This document shows, in pieces, positions 48,002 through 57,086 of a DNA stretch of 64,000 bases. The DNA lies in IMG/VR virus record IMGVR_UViG_3300035183_000096, positions 32,001 to 96,000 of that record. One strand, 5' to 3'. The notes beneath the pieces are model-generated. The model had not been told where the DNA came from, did not search any database, and worked only from the letters and a program-made list of their open reading frames with translations. Source of the stretch: a virus. A program made the position numbers and the translations under genes. Positions within the stretch are counted from its first letter, which is position 1. Each line of letters opens with the position of its first letter.

Positions 48002-49075
48002 CTATCCCTTTCCTTTAACTCTGTCACTATATGCCTTGGCTATCATTTGTTGTTTCTTAATTATAGCATCAGGCTGGTTTACGACTTCTAATACTCCATG
48101 TTCCTCAACCTTCTTCATAAGAGTCTTTTGCTGTGCTTTAGCTGCCGGGTCGTTGGCCGCATACACTCTCTTACGAAGCTCATCATCTTTACCTACAACA
48201 ACAAACACATCACCCGAGTTCTTAATATCCGGGTTAGTAATATGAGATTCTAACCATTCCTTATCTGTTTCCTTACTTCTTTTACGCTTCTGTATGATAA
48301 ACCATCCATCAAGAGCATCATCATCATTGATTAACTCTTCTGGTGGACAATTGGGGTGTTCATATATATTATCATACACTTGGGTCCAATAGACAAGTGC
48401 TTTTTGCTCATCTGTAAGTTCGATTGCTGAGCAAGGAAAAACTCTATCACCTGTGGCCTTCTTGCAAAACCATATACTACGCCACGGCTCCGTCCTAGCT
48501 AACTCACGGAATTGAGCCTCGGTGATTTTATATTTACTAGCGTCATTATTTAATTCGTCAACTATAGCCGGATTAGATGTCCAATAGGTTTCTGACTCAA
48601 ACATCTTTTTGCCATCTATAGTGTAAACTGACATGGCAGTAAGATAGCGAGCTTTCTGTAAAAGGGCTAAACCGTTCGCAGAAACATAATCATATTCATG
48701 GTGTCGTGTGTGTAGTCTGTCTAACTCAAGCTTTGTTTTACGAATTGCTTCCTTAATAGTTAGACGTGAGTTACTATTTATATAGGTATTACACAATGTT
48801 ACTTTTAGTTCTTCTAAATCTTTCGACAACTTATCAAACTTTGCTTGCAAAACTGGATTCCATATAGCTTTGTTTTCTAAAAATTCCTCAAATTCTTCTT
48901 CACACTTCGCTCCTTCTGTAAGAGCTTCTGTATATGTTTCTTCATATACTCGTTCCGCCTCATACTTATCCTCAATAGTAGGATGCTTTAATATAAAAGT
49001 GCCAAACCTAGTTTTGCATTTTATCTTACCATTAAGAATACGATAAATCATTAACTGACGTTCTGTGTCATTCAT
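48002..49075 (-). CDS. Tail assembly chaperone-like protein (paralog A)
   Basis: Follows the tail tube gene; homologous to 46646-47623. Confidence 0.6.
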   Translation of the reverse strand: MNDTERQLMIYRILNGKIKCKTRFGTFILKHPTIEDKYEAERVYEETYTEALTEGAKCEEEFEEFLENKAIWNPVLQAKFDKLSKDLEELKVTLCNTYINSNSRLTIKEAIRKTKLELDRLHTRHHEYDYVSANGLALLQKARYLTAMSVYTIDGKKMFESETYWTSNPAIVDELNNDASKYKITEAQFRELARTEPWRSIWFCKKATGDRVFPCSAIELTDEQKALVYWTQVYDNIYEHPNCPPEELINDDDALDGWFIIQKRKRSKETDKEWLESHITNPDIKNSGDVFVVVGKDDELRKRVYAANDPAAKAQQKTLMKKVEEHGVLEVVNQPDAIIKKQQMIAKAYSDRVKGKG

Positions 49076-49103
49076 TCCTTACTCCTGTTGTCCTAAACAG
49101 ATA

Positions 49104-49140
49104 GAAAAGAGCGGCATGGTTCCTGTACCACGCCGCCCTT
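49104..49140 (-). terminator. Intrinsic terminator after the major tail protein
   Basis: Minus strand GGGCGGCGTGGT-ACAGGA-ACCATGCCGCTC followed by TTTTCT. Confidence 0.75.
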
Positions 49141-49152
49141 ATAATACACCTT
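49141..49152 (-). promoter_or_regulatory. GGTGTATTAT putative late promoter
   Basis: Recurrent motif; a separate RBS (AGGAG) lies further downstream. Confidence 0.55.
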
Positions 49153-49163
49153 AACTCAGATTA

Positions 49164-50375
49164 TTATCCACCTGGATTTATCCAATATGCACCACCATTA
49201 CCTGAACCAGTAAGTGGGAATCTGAAGCTGCTCTTTGGGTCGCCTGTATGTAATACGGTAAAGTCATTAAAGGTAGTGTATGTATATGTAATAGTTTGGT
49301 TAGAACCACCAGTTTCACCACCACCAATGTTTACACTCTGTAACTTATTCTTCGTACCAAGGTTAATACGAGTGCCTTCACGGGTAGCAATACGAATAGA
49401 CTCGTTACGCAAATTGTTGCCGTCAGAATAAATACCTTCTTCAAGAGCTTCAATAGCATCACCGCTTACGCTTAATACTTCCCATTCGGAAGTTACTTCT
49501 GTTGGGAAACGAACATAACGGAAGTATGGGGCGCGTCTGCCAAGCTCAAAGATTTCATCGCGACCAAAGTTAGAGTTGACTTTAATGTTTTGAGCGTGTA
49601 CAAGTCTATCTCCATTTGCATCTAGTAAGTTCAAACCGCTTGCGTTACCTACAATTTGAACTGGAATGTTGGTTGCGTGAGCATATACGGAAACACCATT
49701 AGCGTCAGTGCCGTAAAATTGATTTGCAGTATATAAGCCACCTGTTGGTACACCAGTGTCCCATAACAAATCTTCACGTCTGTTGACACCACCAATACCA
49801 ACTGGAGCATCTGGGTTATTGAAATATAGACCATTGAAGAAACCAGTTAATACACCAGGACCAGAGCCTCTAGCGCCACCAGTAGAATACAACAGCTTGT
49901 TATTGCAAACCATGGTTAGACTTTCTGTAAAGTGACCATTAACTGGGAAATTATAGCTTAAAGCGCTAACATAAGCTCCGCTTAACATCATAGCAGCAAC
50001 GGCTGTACCGGAAGCATTATCTTGAGTATCTGGAAAGATACCCATAGCTACCATAGCACGAGCATTACTACGGCCAATTAGAGACGGGCTTGTGCTACCA
50101 GTAGAAGTTGCTAAGTGCCATGCTAACGGATAACCGTCAAGTACGCGCTCTACAGTCATTTCTATGTTAGGAATGTTTTCTATATTTTCATAGTTAGCAA
50201 GTTGACCTAACTCGAAAACCTGTTCTAGTCTAAAATCTGTACGAAGACCAGCGCTTTGACCACCGTGCACAACGTGGCTATCGTTGAAGTTCGTAAATGT
50301 GTAGCTAGGATTTGTGCTAGTTGCTGGAGCTATTAGAATCTGTTCAATAGCATAAAACACTCTCTTATTAGCCAT
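49164..50375 (-). CDS. Major tail tube protein
   Basis: Tube-like pattern (VHGGQS.G......EQVFELGQL, R.EIFELG...PY.RY); own promoter motif and terminator. Confidence 0.75.
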   Translation of the reverse strand: MANKRVFYAIEQILIAPATSTNPSYTFTNFNDSHVVHGGQSAGLRTDFRLEQVFELGQLANYENIENIPNIEMTVERVLDGYPLAWHLATSTGSTSPSLIGRSNARAMVAMGIFPDTQDNASGTAVAAMMLSGAYVSALSYNFPVNGHFTESLTMVCNNKLLYSTGGARGSGPGVLTGFFNGLYFNNPDAPVGIGGVNRREDLLWDTGVPTGGLYTANQFYGTDANGVSVYAHATNIPVQIVGNASGLNLLDANGDRLVHAQNIKVNSNFGRDEIFELGRRAPYFRYVRFPTEVTSEWEVLSVSGDAIEALEEGIYSDGNNLRNESIRIATREGTRINLGTKNKLQSVNIGGGETGGSNQTITYTYTTFNDFTVLHTGDPKSSFRFPLTGSGNGGAYWINPGG

Positions 50376-50412
50376 TGTTATTTATCTCCATAGGAAAACC
50401 TATCATCAGGGA

Positions 50413-50430
50413 TACTACTACTTACACCAC
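50413..50430 (-). promoter_or_regulatory. GGTGTAAGTAG putative late promoter
   Basis: Intergenic, upstream of the tail tube gene's GGAG RBS. Confidence 0.55.
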
Positions 50431-50434
50431 TTTT

Positions 50435-51379
50435 TTATAATCCTGGGCAATATAACTCACACATACCGCGAACTATCGCTCTATATAATGGAGGCTCGGA
50501 TTCTACCTCATATCCTGTTAGGTCCATAAACCTTATTGTTCCCCAAGGATAATCATTAAGCAATTGAGGATACACCTTTGTACCTGACCATATTGAGCCG
50601 TGTGGTGTTAGTGGAATGCCAGAGTTTTCTTGCATTTTATTGAAGTCAAAACCGCTTATAGTAGTCTCCGTTTGCATGGTTATAATATCAACGATTCTAT
50701 TTCTGTCATATGGCGTTTCCGCAAATATATGCCACTGAACACCTACATAACACCATTTGCCGCCACCTAATTGTAATGGTGTCCACTTCCTAGAAGGCAA
50801 CACCTCAACTACTACGGCTGGTAATTGTATTCTATTTTCATCAAATACAGTCTTAAAACCTGAGCCATACTCAAAGAAAGTTGCGTCATCCGCCCTAAAA
50901 CTTCTATATGCAATTTCACGAAACCAATCTACGCTTGCTGGTTCAAAACTATAATACTTATGACTAAATTGTGCTGTGACAACCGAGCCGGTTGGTATAG
51001 CATTATCAAATTCTATTCTACCTAAAGGATAGTTTACACTAAAAGCATATGTTCCTCTGGCACCAGTTGGATAAAATGTATTATCTATTTTGATACCAGT
51101 CACTCTAACTGGTTGATAATCGTAGTTTATACCAGTTTCCCACACCCAATTTTTTCTAAAACCTTCCCACACTTGACCTTGAGAAAACCCTGGTGCTTCT
51201 GCATTTCTAAGTTGAGAAAGGTTCCCACCATACTCACCAGATTCACCATACTCTATATTAGAAAAGCCACCTATATTAAGTTGACACCAATCAAACCATG
51301 CAACAATGTTAGTTTCTAGTTGCATGGAAATTGTACTTTCACCAATATGATTTATACCTTTGAAATTAAGTATCGCCAT
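50435..51379 (-). CDS. Tail terminator/completion protein (putative)
   Basis: Position; QLPAVVVE...QLGGG...HIFAE...DRNRIVD motif typical of tail-terminator folds. Confidence 0.55.
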   Translation of the reverse strand: MAILNFKGINHIGESTISMQLETNIVAWFDWCQLNIGGFSNIEYGESGEYGGNLSQLRNAEAPGFSQGQVWEGFRKNWVWETGINYDYQPVRVTGIKIDNTFYPTGARGTYAFSVNYPLGRIEFDNAIPTGSVVTAQFSHKYYSFEPASVDWFREIAYRSFRADDATFFEYGSGFKTVFDENRIQLPAVVVEVLPSRKWTPLQLGGGKWCYVGVQWHIFAETPYDRNRIVDIITMQTETTISGFDFNKMQENSGIPLTPHGSIWSGTKVYPQLLNDYPWGTIRFMDLTGYEVESEPPLYRAIVRGMCELYCPGL

Positions 51380-52214
51380 CTCCCTTCCCCAAGAATTTTA
51401 CTAAAGCATTTAGTAGGTTGTCATTTCTATCATCATCGGCCAAGCCTTTCATCATACTATTGATGATTTCCTCTATCTTTGGACGAAATAAATCAAGGTT
51501 TCTAGTAATCCAATTATCATTTGCAGTACCAGCAAACTCAGCGGGTACACCCCAGGCTCCACCATTCTTAGGAACCATTATAGCTTGACCTGTACGAGAT
51601 GTAGGAAAGTTTCCAAACTTAACCCTATAACCAAAGATTACTGGTTCAGCACCACTGGTTAATAACCATTTAAGCCAGTCTATATTGAAGACTTCAAACT
51701 TCTCTGCTGGCCTACCCCTTAATCCCGTCCTCTCTTTACCCAAACTTTTTCTATTCGGATATGACCCTAACCTATCCTTACGAGTTATACGCCTACCATT
51801 AACAGTAGGATAACTAACTTGAACCAAATTATATATCTTTTCTGGGTCACGGTCAAAACTAACAACTATAGCACCAAACAATACATTAGAAGATGAAACA
51901 GGTTTCTGATATTTAACCTTAAACATATCACCTATAAGTTTTGTTAATCTAGTCATTACATATTCTGGCTGTTCTATACCAAATTCCAGTCGCAATCTTC
52001 CGTTTGGTGTCACTAGAGATTGATACTCTGGACTTGCCCTAAGTTGTTGAATAAACATTTTCCCAACAACCTTTGATAACTTATCAGCAATCGAACTAAG
52101 TCTTTTATCCAATCTAACCTTCATATTTCTCATAATCTCTTTCCTAAGCTCACGCTCAGAAATGTTAAGATTAAGAGTTACAGGAAAGTTCATATCATTA
52201 ACGTTAGCCACCAA
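51366..52214 (-). CDS. Neck/tail completion protein (putative)
   Basis: Position between head closure and tail terminator; basic. Confidence 0.45.
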   Translation of the reverse strand: MVANVNDMNFPVTLNLNISERELRKEIMRNMKVRLDKRLSSIADKLSKVVGKMFIQQLRASPEYQSLVTPNGRLRLEFGIEQPEYVMTRLTKLIGDMFKVKYQKPVSSSNVLFGAIVVSFDRDPEKIYNLVQVSYPTVNGRRITRKDRLGSYPNRKSLGKERTGLRGRPAEKFEVFNIDWLKWLLTSGAEPVIFGYRVKFGNFPTSRTGQAIMVPKNGGAWGVPAEFAGTANDNWITRNLDLFRPKIEEIINSMMKGLADDDRNDNLLNALVKFLGKGDGDT

Positions 52215-52722
52215 CTCTCTCCCATATTGCGATAAAATATCTATTTGGAACTATATTATTCTTATTAGTAGGGTCACTAACCAATCTAAATCTATACTCT
52301 TGTATTCCCTGTATAGCAACTTGAAAGATGGCGTATGAACATTTCAAAATCTTAGGTAAATCAGATATGTAACCTTTAGTCTGCACAGTAGAACCAGACT
52401 GTCTCATGCGAATATCAGGATTGGTTATTCTATCAAAGGTTCTGCTATCCCAATTGCACAACAATCTAATAGTTTCTGTTTGTTCCTGATGTTTCTGTCC
52501 GCTACCACCACAATACACGCATGAACCAACTCTTGGCGAGGGGCCACCATGGCTCCAAATATGAGGGCCTTTCTTACCAATCAAATCCTGTCCACATGAG
52601 CAAGGAACAGGTGTAGGCGGATATACCAACTTGACATCTTTGCCAAGCTGGTCGATTAGGTCATCTATAGCATCTTGTGCTATCCGTCTAATAGCGTTAC
52701 TTATCTGAAATATCTTGGCCAT
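52204..52722 (-). CDS. Head closure/stopper protein (putative) with CxC...CxxCxGxG zinc finger
   Basis: Position; CSCG...CVYCGGSG. Confidence 0.5.
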   Translation of the reverse strand: MAKIFQISNAIRRIAQDAIDDLIDQLGKDVKLVYPPTPVPCSCGQDLIGKKGPHIWSHGGPSPRVGSCVYCGGSGQKHQEQTETIRLLCNWDSRTFDRITNPDIRMRQSGSTVQTKGYISDLPKILKCSYAIFQVAIQGIQEYRFRLVSDPTNKNNIVPNRYFIAIWERVGG

Positions 52723-52730
52723 CATACACC

Positions 52731-53132
52731 TTATAGGCTGAATGACTTACGCTTCGTTGTTGCGCTTGTAAAATTAAGTACAGCTACAACATCACCAACA
52801 CCATCGCTATCTACGCGGGTTGTGCCGTCGGTTGAGCGTTCAAAGAACAACACAACATTACCATTAGGAGAGCCTGTTAGTGTTACTTGAAACACAAAGG
52901 TTCCGCCTATATACTTATCTGTATTATTATCAACCATTGTTGCGGCATCATATGAACCTGGACTTATACTACTACTATTATCCAACACTAAAGTTTCTGA
53001 ATTCTCATAAGATAATGCGCCATCTGCACCAAACTTAAATCTACGGGTGTAAACCTTTGCGTTATTAGCACTTATACTCACACCACTATTATTATATATC
53101 TTAAACCTATAATATCTTGGTAAAACTAACAT
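52731..53132 (-). CDS. Hypothetical virion protein
   Basis: Beta-rich ORF in the head-tail region with GGAG RBS. Confidence 0.55.
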   Translation of the reverse strand: MLVLPRYYRFKIYNNSGVSISANNAKVYTRRFKFGADGALSYENSETLVLDNSSSISPGSYDAATMVDNNTDKYIGGTFVFQVTLTGSPNGNVVLFFERSTDGTTRVDSDGVGDVVAVLNFTSATTKRKSFSL

Positions 53133-53141
53133 ATCTTACTC

Positions 53142-53345
53142 CTACGTTGTGTAGTAATTCCTATCATCAAACCTGTTATCATATTTACCATAAAATATGG
53201 TGTCGGTATTTGTATCAGTAGTGCCACGCTCTTTTTTTTTAGCCATATCAGTTCCGCCGCTACCTTTACCGCCAGTAGCTACTAAAACTCTACCATGATG
53301 GAAGTTTTGACCACCAACACATTTTGTCGCTACATCTACTGCCAT
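53142..53345 (-). CDS. Hypothetical small protein
   Basis: AAGGTG RBS; fills the gap in the operon. Confidence 0.5.
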   Translation of the reverse strand: MAVDVATKCVGGQNFHHGRVLVATGGKGSGGTDMAKKKERGTTDTNTDTIFYGKYDNRFDDRNYYTT

Positions 53346-53354
53346 ATATCACCT

Positions 53355-53864
53355 TTAATAAAGAGAATCTGAAGGAACTTCATCCATATCCCAACCGGCA
53401 AATATCCTAAATGGACTTACCACAGCTAGTCCTGGGTTTAGACTACCCAACACAAACTCTTTCTTTGCTAAAGCATAAGCAGCACAATATCCTACATCTT
53501 TCAACATAGCTATCTTACTACCTGCTCTACCAGACAAGGCTATTCTTGAACCAACATCTGAGATGTCTATACCTTGTTCGGCAGCTATTCTTGCTTCTGC
53601 TGTATCTAATAAACAAGCGGCTTTTAATGTAACTAGGTTTATAAAAGCATTATCTTGTGGGTCATCTACAGGGTCTGGAGTAACTGTAATCGCCGGTATG
53701 CTAATAGTATATGTCTTAGGGAATGTTAATTCTCCACCTTGAATAAGTTGGGCAGCAAGCAATAATTGCTTTTCTAGCCTTTCATCATCATAAGTGTAAT
53801 TATCTATATCCATATCCCCAATCATCATACGAAGCATTGGGACCATTACATCATTCCAAGCCAT
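53355..53864 (-). CDS. Head-tail adaptor (putative)
   Basis: First gene after MCP; LR.MIGD.......DE.L pattern. Confidence 0.6.
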   Translation of the reverse strand: MAWNDVMVPMLRMMIGDMDIDNYTYDDERLEKQLLLAAQLIQGGELTFPKTYTISIPAITVTPDPVDDPQDNAFINLVTLKAACLLDTAEARIAAEQGIDISDVGSRIALSGRAGSKIAMLKDVGYCAAYALAKKEFVLGSLNPGLAVVSPFRIFAGWDMDEVPSDSLY

Positions 53865-53883
53865 AGAAAATCCTCCCTTTTAC

Positions 53884-53895
53884 AATATATACCCC
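53884..53895 (-). promoter_or_regulatory. GGGGTATATATT putative late promoter
   Basis: Lies right after the MCP terminator and before a GGGAGG RBS; same motif as 1912-1924. Confidence 0.6.
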
Positions 53896-53900
53896 AATAC

Positions 53901-53937
53901 AAAAAAGGGCCGGAAGGAATAACTCCTCCCAGCCCTT
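53901..53937 (-). terminator. Intrinsic terminator after MCP
   Basis: Minus strand AAGGGCTGGGAGGAG-loop-TCCTTCCGGCCC followed by TTTTTT. Confidence 0.85.
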
Positions 53938-53955
53938 ATAATGTTGAGTCTTAGA

Positions 53956-54966
53956 TTAGAAGCTACCAAGGATAACTCTACGGTTGTCTAATACACCGAA
54001 GCCAATTTCCATCCAGCCACAGTAACCTTGACGACGCTGACGGAACAAGCTATCATCCTCGAAGATTTCCAACTCTTGACGAATTGGCATTACAAAGCTG
54101 TCATTAACACTTAGGTCAAAACCTACCACAAGTTCTCTATCGGAAGTTTGTAGAGCAGCACCAAGTTCATTTAGGTAGTACAACTGATATTCTTGGTCTT
54201 CACCAAGCTCATCGAGTTCGTGTAGGTTGACTCCGAATAGTCTTGTTAAGCCACCGTCGCCTAGTTGATAGATTTCACGACGAGTTACTTCGTCTATTAT
54301 ATCTACGCCCCAATTACGAATATCTTCCTGAGCTTCTGGGGACATATATAGGTCAGTTAGCTTACCGCGGCTGACACTTGTTGAGTTGCCACCGGAGTTA
54401 CGACGCATAACTAGCTTCATAAGAGAAACAAGTCTCTTTGTGAATTGACCTTGGGTTGCGTCAGAATCATATACTAAGATGTTACGGTCAACACCAGCCA
54501 TCAATAGGGTGTGCCAACCATCATCGTTTAACTTCTTGACAAACATGCTTTCAAGAACTTGCATAAACTTTGCAACAATATTCCAACGCGCATTCTTAGC
54601 ATAACGCAATGACCAGTCGATGCTTGCACCAATTTCGTAAGTAGGCATGGTTACGAAGTCGCCTTCTACGAACTTTTGAGGCATCATACCCTGAGATGGA
54701 ACAGCATAAGCAACATACTCACGCTCTGTACCAGGAGCTAAGAAATCCAATGGATATTCTACATATACGCCTGGTTCAAACTTCTCTTGCTGGAAGATGT
54801 TACCAATAATGTCGCCACTCAGAACACCCTTACGAAGAGGGATTTCAAGCGACTTAGCGATTTCGCGTTGTGCAGCAAAAGCTATATAACGGTCATCACT
54901 ACCAGCGTCTCTAAGTGCACACATAGCCTCATCTAGGTCTAAATTATCTATTATTCTATTTTCCAT
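53956..54966 (-). CDS. Major capsid protein (HK97 fold)
   Basis: 336 aa after protease/scaffold and decoration genes; strong terminator downstream; C-terminal G...W.EIGFGVLD..RV; start ATG 54966. Confidence 0.85.
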   Translation of the reverse strand: MENRIIDNLDLDEAMCALRDAGSDDRYIAFAAQREIAKSLEIPLRKGVLSGDIIGNIFQQEKFEPGVYVEYPLDFLAPGTEREYVAYAVPSQGMMPQKFVEGDFVTMPTYEIGASIDWSLRYAKNARWNIVAKFMQVLESMFVKKLNDDGWHTLLMAGVDRNILVYDSDATQGQFTKRLVSLMKLVMRRNSGGNSTSVSRGKLTDLYMSPEAQEDIRNWGVDIIDEVTRREIYQLGDGGLTRLFGVNLHELDELGEDQEYQLYYLNELGAALQTSDRELVVGFDLSVNDSFVMPIRQELEIFEDDSLFRQRRQGYCGWMEIGFGVLDNRRVILGSF

Positions 54967-54982
54967 TTTTAGTTTCTCTCCG

Positions 54983-55453
54983 TTACTTAGGAAGTTCAAC
55001 GTATAGCTTTGCAAAACCGTCAGAGTTCTTACGACTACCGAAGACGCCGACTTGTGGAGTTGCAGTTGCGTTTACGAATGTTGGGGTAACATTACCGTTA
55101 TTGGTTAGATAAGCCTTGTCACCAGCCTTTGGATTACCAGTGATTTTGTTTGTAACAACCCAACCTTTCTGAACGATAGTGACCTTACCACCTGTTTGAA
55201 CTTCTTCTTTATAGAAATTCAAGTGTGTTTGGGTCAAATCCTTATTTACAACGTCTTGTATAATGACACCTAATGGAATAGTGCCACTGGCCGTAGATGC
55301 TACATAGCAAAAGGCTTCTGCGTCATCTAAAGAAACACCAGCGCCACCACTAGGGTCTTGGGCAAATACTACTACTTGACCCTTCTCGGCTAAGCCACTT
55401 GAAAAATAATCAATAGAATCTTGAATAATTAGTCTATCGCCTAATAGAGCCAT
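54983..55453 (-). CDS. Capsid decoration/cement protein (putative)
   Basis: 156 aa between scaffold and MCP; G.VTI...G.V.T, AGD.AYL...G.V beta-tulip-like pattern. Confidence 0.65.
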   Translation of the reverse strand: MALLGDRLIIQDSIDYFSSGLAEKGQVVVFAQDPSGGAGVSLDDAEAFCYVASTASGTIPLGVIIQDVVNKDLTQTHLNFYKEEVQTGGKVTIVQKGWVVTNKITGNPKAGDKAYLTNNGNVTPTFVNATATPQVGVFGSRKNSDGFAKLYVELPK

Positions 55454-55465
55454 TTTTTAATTCTC

Positions 55466-56986
55466 CTATATAAGTCTTGTCGTCTTATTTGCCCTGGACC
55501 TAGATTGCTCGAACATGTTTGCAATAGCAATACGACGCCGTTCTACCTTATCTTCATTTACACCAGACGTTGCTAAAGCAACATCTTTATTTACACTAAC
55601 ATTATCTAAATCTTTTGCGGTTACGTCATTAAACCTGCTCTTCTTATCAACTTCAGCCCTATCCTTTTCTTCTTTCTTCTTCTTATTAAAATATGCAGCC
55701 CTAGTCTTTTCTACATACCTTGCAAATAGTTCATCGGTCAAAGAAGTTGTAATATCGAATAGTTCGCTTGCTTCATTCTTATCTACACCTAGCTTTTCAA
55801 CTAATATAGAAATACGATTAGACTTAACTCGCTCAGCCTTATTCCTAGCAATTTCTTCGTTAGCATCTGCCAAGTCTGCACTTAGTTCATCGACCTTCTT
55901 AGAAAGTTCGATAATCTTTTCGTTAGCTTTTGCTAATTCGGAAGCCTTAAAACTAAGTTGCTCATCACGAACATTAACATCTGCTTCAAGAGCAGCAATC
56001 TTAGCCTTTAATTGTTCATTTTCTACTTGTAGTTGGTTGTTCTGCTTAGTAAGAGCATCTACCTTTGCATTTAGCTGTTCTAAAGTCATATCATCCATCT
56101 CCTGTGTTTGTTGAGTAACACCGCTAATACCATTCATATACCCCACAGTTTTAGAATTTGAAACAATTTCTTTACAAGAAGCAAAAGTTCTTCCATCAAA
56201 GTCAATTATATTTTGCTTAGCAAAGATAACACTATCTGGATTAGCTGGCTTTTTTACAAGCCCTTTACCAGAGAAAATAAGGTTACGAGGCAACCTACCA
56301 ATCTTGCAACCGTTATATATCCCTGTACCACCATATGCACGTAAATATTTTGTAAGAAATGAACTCTCCTCATTTCTTACTATAATCTTCTGAGAACCAT
56401 CTGGTAAAACAATGGCGTAATCATAATTAGAGAAAAGACATTCCATAGATACAAACCATTTACCTTCCGGTAATTCGGCTAGTATAGTATCCATTCTCTT
56501 CTGCAAATCTTTATTATCATGCCAGACTTTGTATAATACAGATGTTGAAAAGATGTGGAACTTGGATGGTAAGTCTTCAATTGATGTATCATTACCATCC
56601 TTATCAACCTCTGGTATAATGTTATACTCTTCATCAATCGGAGAACATCCAATGATATGACCTATGATGTCTGAAAAGTCGTGCTGATAATTCAATGGCT
56701 TATCTTCAGGCGTATTGCGACTAGCCCATGTCTCACTACGTTCAAAAACATCATCATTAAGATTCCATCCGGTACTTACCATTATTGAGTTTAACGGATG
56801 TAGGTCCACTAGACTTTTAACATTAGCTTTAAGTAACTTATGTAACTTCTCCTCATCAATCTTCTTTGCCTTCAAATTTTCAGCAAGAGAAAGTTCAGCG
56901 GTGTAGGCTAAACAGGCTTTAGACTTAATCTTATGCTGTAAGCCATCCAAAATTTCTTGTCTGTAAATTGGAATCGCCATATACAT
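55466..56986 (-). CDS. Prohead protease fused to scaffolding coiled coil
   Basis: N.NDD.F, KPLNYQH...IIGH, VSMEC, FSG.GLV.KPA.P.S; long C-terminal coiled coil. Confidence 0.8.
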   Translation of the reverse strand: MYMAIPIYRQEILDGLQHKIKSKACLAYTAELSLAENLKAKKIDEEKLHKLLKANVKSLVDLHPLNSIMVSTGWNLNDDVFERSETWASRNTPEDKPLNYQHDFSDIIGHIIGCSPIDEEYNIIPEVDKDGNDTSIEDLPSKFHIFSTSVLYKVWHDNKDLQKRMDTILAELPEGKWFVSMECLFSNYDYAIVLPDGSQKIIVRNEESSFLTKYLRAYGGTGIYNGCKIGRLPRNLIFSGKGLVKKPANPDSVIFAKQNIIDFDGRTFASCKEIVSNSKTVGYMNGISGVTQQTQEMDDMTLEQLNAKVDALTKQNNQLQVENEQLKAKIAALEADVNVRDEQLSFKASELAKANEKIIELSKKVDELSADLADANEEIARNKAERVKSNRISILVEKLGVDKNEASELFDITTSLTDELFARYVEKTRAAYFNKKKKEEKDRAEVDKKSRFNDVTAKDLDNVSVNKDVALATSGVNEDKVERRRIAIANMFEQSRSRANKTTRLI

Positions 56987-57009
56987 CTCTCCTTTGCTTA
57001 TTTCTTATT

Positions 57010-57082
57010 GCGTTCGTTGCGTGATTCGACGGCACAAAACCGTCTAAGTCAGACTTAGCGCCCACCGCTGCTTATGCAGCCA
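57010..57082 (-). other. GC-rich multi-hairpin intergenic element between portal and protease
   Basis: GCTGC-ATAA-GCAGC, CTAAGTC-T-GACTTAG and GACGG-TTTTGTG-CCGTC inverted repeats. Confidence 0.5.
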
Positions 57083-57086
57083 TATA

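Noticed and set aside
46646-49075. Programmed -1 frameshift in the tail chaperone region
   Set aside because: No convincing XXXYYYZ site was noticed near the ORF ends, and each ORF has its own start directly after the previous stop.
56987-57086. tRNA or self-cleaving ribozyme (twister, HDV/theta, hammerhead)
   Set aside because: There are partial resemblances (GCTAAG loop, CGAA after a hairpin), but the required pseudoknot pairings, catalytic cores and cloverleaf could not be built.
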